From Pseudomonadota bacterium (GTDB taxonomy: Bacteria > UBA10199 > 2-02-FULL-44-16 > JAAZCA01): a DNA stretch of 64,000 bases. The notes under the pieces are model-generated. The model searched no databases and had not been told where the DNA came from. It was given only the letters and a program-made list of their open reading frames with translations. Shown here in pieces: positions 61,132 through 64,000 of the stretch. The position numbers and the translations under genes were made by a program. Location: the NCBI GenBank assembly GCA_016927275.1, contig JAFGMW010000030.1, positions 8,135-72,134 of the forward strand, given 5' to 3'. Position 1 is the first letter of the stretch. Every line of letters starts with the position of its first letter.

Positions 61132-61899
61132 TCATCTCCCCCCGGCCGCGCGCATCGCCCTCATGACGCGTATCGCCGCGCATGCGGCGCCGAAGCCGTT
61201 GTCGATGTTGACGACCGAAACCCCCTCCGAGCAGCTGCAGAGCATGTTGAGGAGCGCGGCCACGCCATTGAAGCTCGCGCCGTAGCCCACGCTAGTGGGG
61301 ACTGCGATGACGGGGGAGCTCACCAGCCCGCCGACCACGCTGGGCAGCGCCCCGTCCATGCCCGCTGCCACGATGAGCGCAGCCGCCCCCCTTATCTCCT
61401 CGAGGCACGCAAACAGCCTGTGGAGACCTGCGACCCCCACGTCGTAGTGCCTGGTCGGCTCCACGCCGAAGAACTCCGCGGTCCTGAGCGCCTCCTCGGC
61501 AACGGGGATGTCTGCCGTGCCCGCGGCGAGCACCGCGAGCCTCCCTGGGATCGGCTCCGGCCGCCTCTGCATGATGCTGAAGGTGCGGCTGACATGGTCC
61601 GCCTTCACCCCCTTGAACGCGGACTCGATCGTGCGGATCAGCGACTCGTCGGCCCTCGTTCCGAAGGCGTTCATGCCCCTGTCCACCGCGGCTGCGACGA
61701 TCGCCCTCACGTGTTCGGGCCTCTTGCCCTCGCAGAGGATCACCTCGGCGAAGCCGTTTCGGAGCGGCCTGTGTCCGTCGTGCTTGGCGACGCCGATATC
61801 CGCGAACGGGAGCGCCGAGATCCTCTTCAGCGCCTCCCCAGGCGCGAGCTCGCCCGACGCGACCTCATCGAGCATCTGTCTTATCATGTCCCGGTCCAC
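61132..61899 (-). CDS. larB: Nickel-pincer cofactor biosynthesis protein LarB
   Basis: AGTADIPVAEEA, DVGVAGLHRL, VPTSVGYG, VNIDNGFGA; GTG start approximate. Confidence 0.93.
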   Translation of the reverse strand: MDRDMIRQMLDEVASGELAPGEALKRISALPFADIGVAKHDGHRPLRNGFAEVILCEGKRPEHVRAIVAAAVDRGMNAFGTRADESLIRTIESAFKGVKADHVSRTFSIMQRRPEPIPGRLAVLAAGTADIPVAEEALRTAEFFGVEPTRHYDVGVAGLHRLFACLEEIRGAAALIVAAGMDGALPSVVGGLVSSPVIAVPTSVGYGASFNGVAALLNMLCSCSEGVSVVNIDNGFGAACAAIRVMRAMRAAGGR

Positions 61900-61917
61900 C
61901 CTCTCCCCTCCATTCAC

Positions 61918-61945
61918 CTTCGAGCTTTGAGCTTCGAGCTTCGAA
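61918..61945. repeat. Heptamer array CTTCGAG x4
   Basis: CTTCGAG CTTTGAG CTTCGAG CTTCGAA in the larE-larB spacer. Confidence 0.8.
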
Positions 61946-61947
61946 GA

Positions 61948-62748
61948 TCATCCCCTCGCCCCGCCGGTCCTGTAGCCTGTGAGATCCATGACCACGAACC
62001 GCCAGCCCAGCCCGCGGATCTTCCGAACGACCTCCGCGCGCCTCGCGGCGAGAAGCCCCATCTCGGCCGGCTCGACCTCGATCCTGGCCAGATCGCCGTG
62101 ATGCCTCACCCTCACCTGGCTCGCGCCGGCCGCGCGCACGGCCTCCTCGGCCCGGTCGATCCGCTCCAGGATCTCCTGCGTGATCGGCACCCCGGTCGGG
62201 ATCCTGGATGCGAGGCATGCGGCCGAGGGCCTGTCTGCGGTCGGTATCTCGAGCCCGCGCGCCATGAGCCTCACCTCGCCCTTGCTGATCCCCGCCTCGA
62301 CGAGAGGGGTGATAGCCCTCGGGTTCTCCTCCGACGCCCTCATGCCGGGGCGGTGGCCGTCGAGGTCAGACGCGTTCGTTCCCTCCACGACGTATCGGAA
62401 CCCCCTGCGGTCCGCGAACTCGACGAGCCTGGCGAGCAGGCGCCTCTTGCAGAAGTAGCAGCGGTCGTCCGGGTTGGCAGCGTAGTCGGGATCGGAGAGC
62501 TCGTCGGTCTCGACGAATTCATGCGGTATGGAGAAGATGGCGGCCAGCTCCGGGCAGAGAGCACGGTCCGAGGACCTAAGGCTCGGCGAGAGGGCGGTGA
62601 CCGCGACCATGCGCCCGCCCAGCTCCTGCCTCGCGAGCACAGCCAGGAGCGAGGAGTCCACACCCCCTGAAAATGCAACGACGGCGCTCTCCAGTGATCG
62701 GAGGCGCCGCCTCAGCAGATCCTGTTTTGTCGCCAGGTCCACGCTCAT
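61948..62748 (-). CDS. larE: ATP-dependent sacrificial sulfur transferase LarE
   Basis: AFSGGVDS, NP.DRCYFCK, RPG, ACLASRIP, VRVRHH. Confidence 0.93.
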   Translation of the reverse strand: MSVDLATKQDLLRRRLRSLESAVVAFSGGVDSSLLAVLARQELGGRMVAVTALSPSLRSSDRALCPELAAIFSIPHEFVETDELSDPDYAANPDDRCYFCKRRLLARLVEFADRRGFRYVVEGTNASDLDGHRPGMRASEENPRAITPLVEAGISKGEVRLMARGLEIPTADRPSAACLASRIPTGVPITQEILERIDRAEEAVRAAGASQVRVRHHGDLARIEVEPAEMGLLAARRAEVVRKIRGLGWRFVVMDLTGYRTGGARG

Positions 62749-63395
62749 GTGGCCGTGAGCAGGTACTGCCTCAGCTCGCCGACCGTCTCAGCTATCGAGT
62801 CGGCGCCCGCCTGCACCAGCTCCTCCTTTGTGCCGTATCCGTACGATACGCCTATCGTGGGGCAGGAGCACTTCTTGGCCGCCTCGATGTCCACCCCGCG
62901 ATCGCCTATGACGAAGGCCTTCTTGATCGACTCCTTCTTCATGACGTGCTTGAGGAGGTCCGATTTGTTGGAGCGAACGCCGCCCAGCTCGCTGCCGTAG
63001 ACCGAGGTGAACAGCGGCTTGATGCCCAGGTGATCCAGCACCATGTCGCACGATACCTGCGGCTTGATGGATGCCACCACGATCCTTCCACGGTGGGAGA
63101 CCGCCTCGAGCAGCCCCACGATCCCGGGGTAGAGCCTGTGCTCGGCGATCCCCTCCTTGTGGAAGCGCTCCCTGTAGGAATCGACGCACTGCTTGAGGAA
63201 CCGCTTGTCCTTCCTGCCCGTGATCTCGGCGAAGACGGTCTCGAGGCCGAAGCCGATGTAGCGCTTGAGCCTCTCGATGGGCACCGGCTTGATGCCGTGC
63301 TTCTTGAGCGCGAAGTTTATGCAGCGCGGGATGGCGGTGCCCGGATTGACCACCGTGCCGTCCAGATCGAAGATGAAGTTGATTGTGCTGGCCAT
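62745..63395 (-). CDS. HAD family hydrolase
   Basis: FDLDGT, IGDR..DI..A, YGYG. Confidence 0.9.
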   Translation of the reverse strand: MASTINFIFDLDGTVVNPGTAIPRCINFALKKHGIKPVPIERLKRYIGFGLETVFAEITGRKDKRFLKQCVDSYRERFHKEGIAEHRLYPGIVGLLEAVSHRGRIVVASIKPQVSCDMVLDHLGIKPLFTSVYGSELGGVRSNKSDLLKHVMKKESIKKAFVIGDRGVDIEAAKKCSCPTIGVSYGYGTKEELVQAGADSIAETVGELRQYLLTAT

Positions 63396-63626
63396 AGCGG
63401 CGCTCTATATCCTGAGTGGCTTTAGCCTTTCAAGTGAAAAGTGGCAATTAGCTGATTTTATTAATGATTAGTGGCATTTCAGGAAAGAGGGGCAGTCTGG
63501 CCGCAGTTTTTGCTCCCCGGAAATTCAGCCCCAACAAGGAGCCGTTACATAATTCGCAGTAATTTCCAATAAAAATAAGATAAGCATTAATGTATATTAT
63601 TATTTATTAATTTAAATACTTGGTTT

Positions 63627-64000
63627 TTATAAACTAATCAGCTCGTCATCCAGGTCTTTGCGCCGGCTCAGCCTCACCTGTTTGACAGGTTCGACCTTCA
63701 CGAACGGCGAGAGCTCGTCGGGAACACCCCCGCCCGAATTCCATCCGGAGGACTTTGCCAGCGCCTTGAACGAGCCCCAGTTTATGTCAGCGACCTTGTC
63801 CCAGAGACCCAGGGCATGCATCGCATGCTCAAAGCGGTCGCGGCTGATCTCCTCCTTCTTCGGATAGCTGATCCTGAAGTCGTCCTTTATGGTGAGGAAG
63901 TGGGTGTCGCCGAAGAGCCTCGTCACCTTCTCCAGGGCCCCCTTCTCCGCCGCCTTGGCCTTCAGGCGCTCCAGCTCCGCCTCGACCTGCTTCATCCTCT
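63627..64000 (-). CDS. C-terminal part of a gene running off the window (possibly PD-(D/E)XK/RecB-like nuclease tail)
   Basis: Frame is open to the window edge; coiled coil then small alpha/beta domain; family is a recollection-based guess. Confidence 0.45.
   Translation of the reverse strand, partial: RMKQVEAELERLKAKAAEKGALEKVTRLFGDTHFLTIKDDFRISYPKKEEISRDRFEHAMHALGLWDKVADINWGSFKALAKSSGWNSGGGVPDELSPFVKVEPVKQVRLSRRKDLDDELISL

Noticed and set aside
60109..62670. 853-aa plus-strand ORF and other long alternative-frame ORFs (e.g. 9547-12102, 5539-7662, 12841-14787)
   Set aside because: Shadow frames of recognised genes in GC-rich DNA; Arg/Pro/Gly-rich with no motifs.
63498..63513. Sigma54 promoter TGGCCGCAGTTTTTGC
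   Set aside because: GG-to-GC spacing is 11 rather than 10, and no plus-strand gene follows.

Overview
64-kb GC-rich bacterial chromosomal segment, deltaproteobacterial-like by gene order (inference from mutS-amidase-glnD, ftsH-folP-glmM-pdxJ-acpS-nnrD-tsaE-lysC and argS-SPOR-lepA-lepB-pyrRBC). Most of it is housekeeping. Genes run almost all on + up to about 43.4 kb and almost all on - after that. A dif-like XerCD site at 45902-45929 suggests the replication terminus lies here. The most unusual features are: (1) an island at 41.4-43.6 kb with an FGE/C-type-lectin-fold gene between 39-bp direct repeats and two head-to-head four-helix-bundle paralogs that share a palindromic leader, each followed by its own short-repeat array; (2) heptamer arrays (AGTCACG family) scattered through the window, including in-frame copies inside miaB and shc; (3) a three-gene orphan operon (3.2-4.8 kb) behind a sigma28-like -10 element, whose products share a hydrophobic-helix/coiled-coil layout and a C-terminal aromatic-x-hydrophobic-G-x-P motif; (4) a 1598-aa surface protein with a complete sigma54/IHF/enhancer promoter; (5) a 33-aa Lys-rich microprotein missing from the ORF track. 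I saw no rRNA, tRNA, CRISPR array, transposase, integrase or reverse transcriptase. All product calls are from motif recognition by eye; no database search was run.
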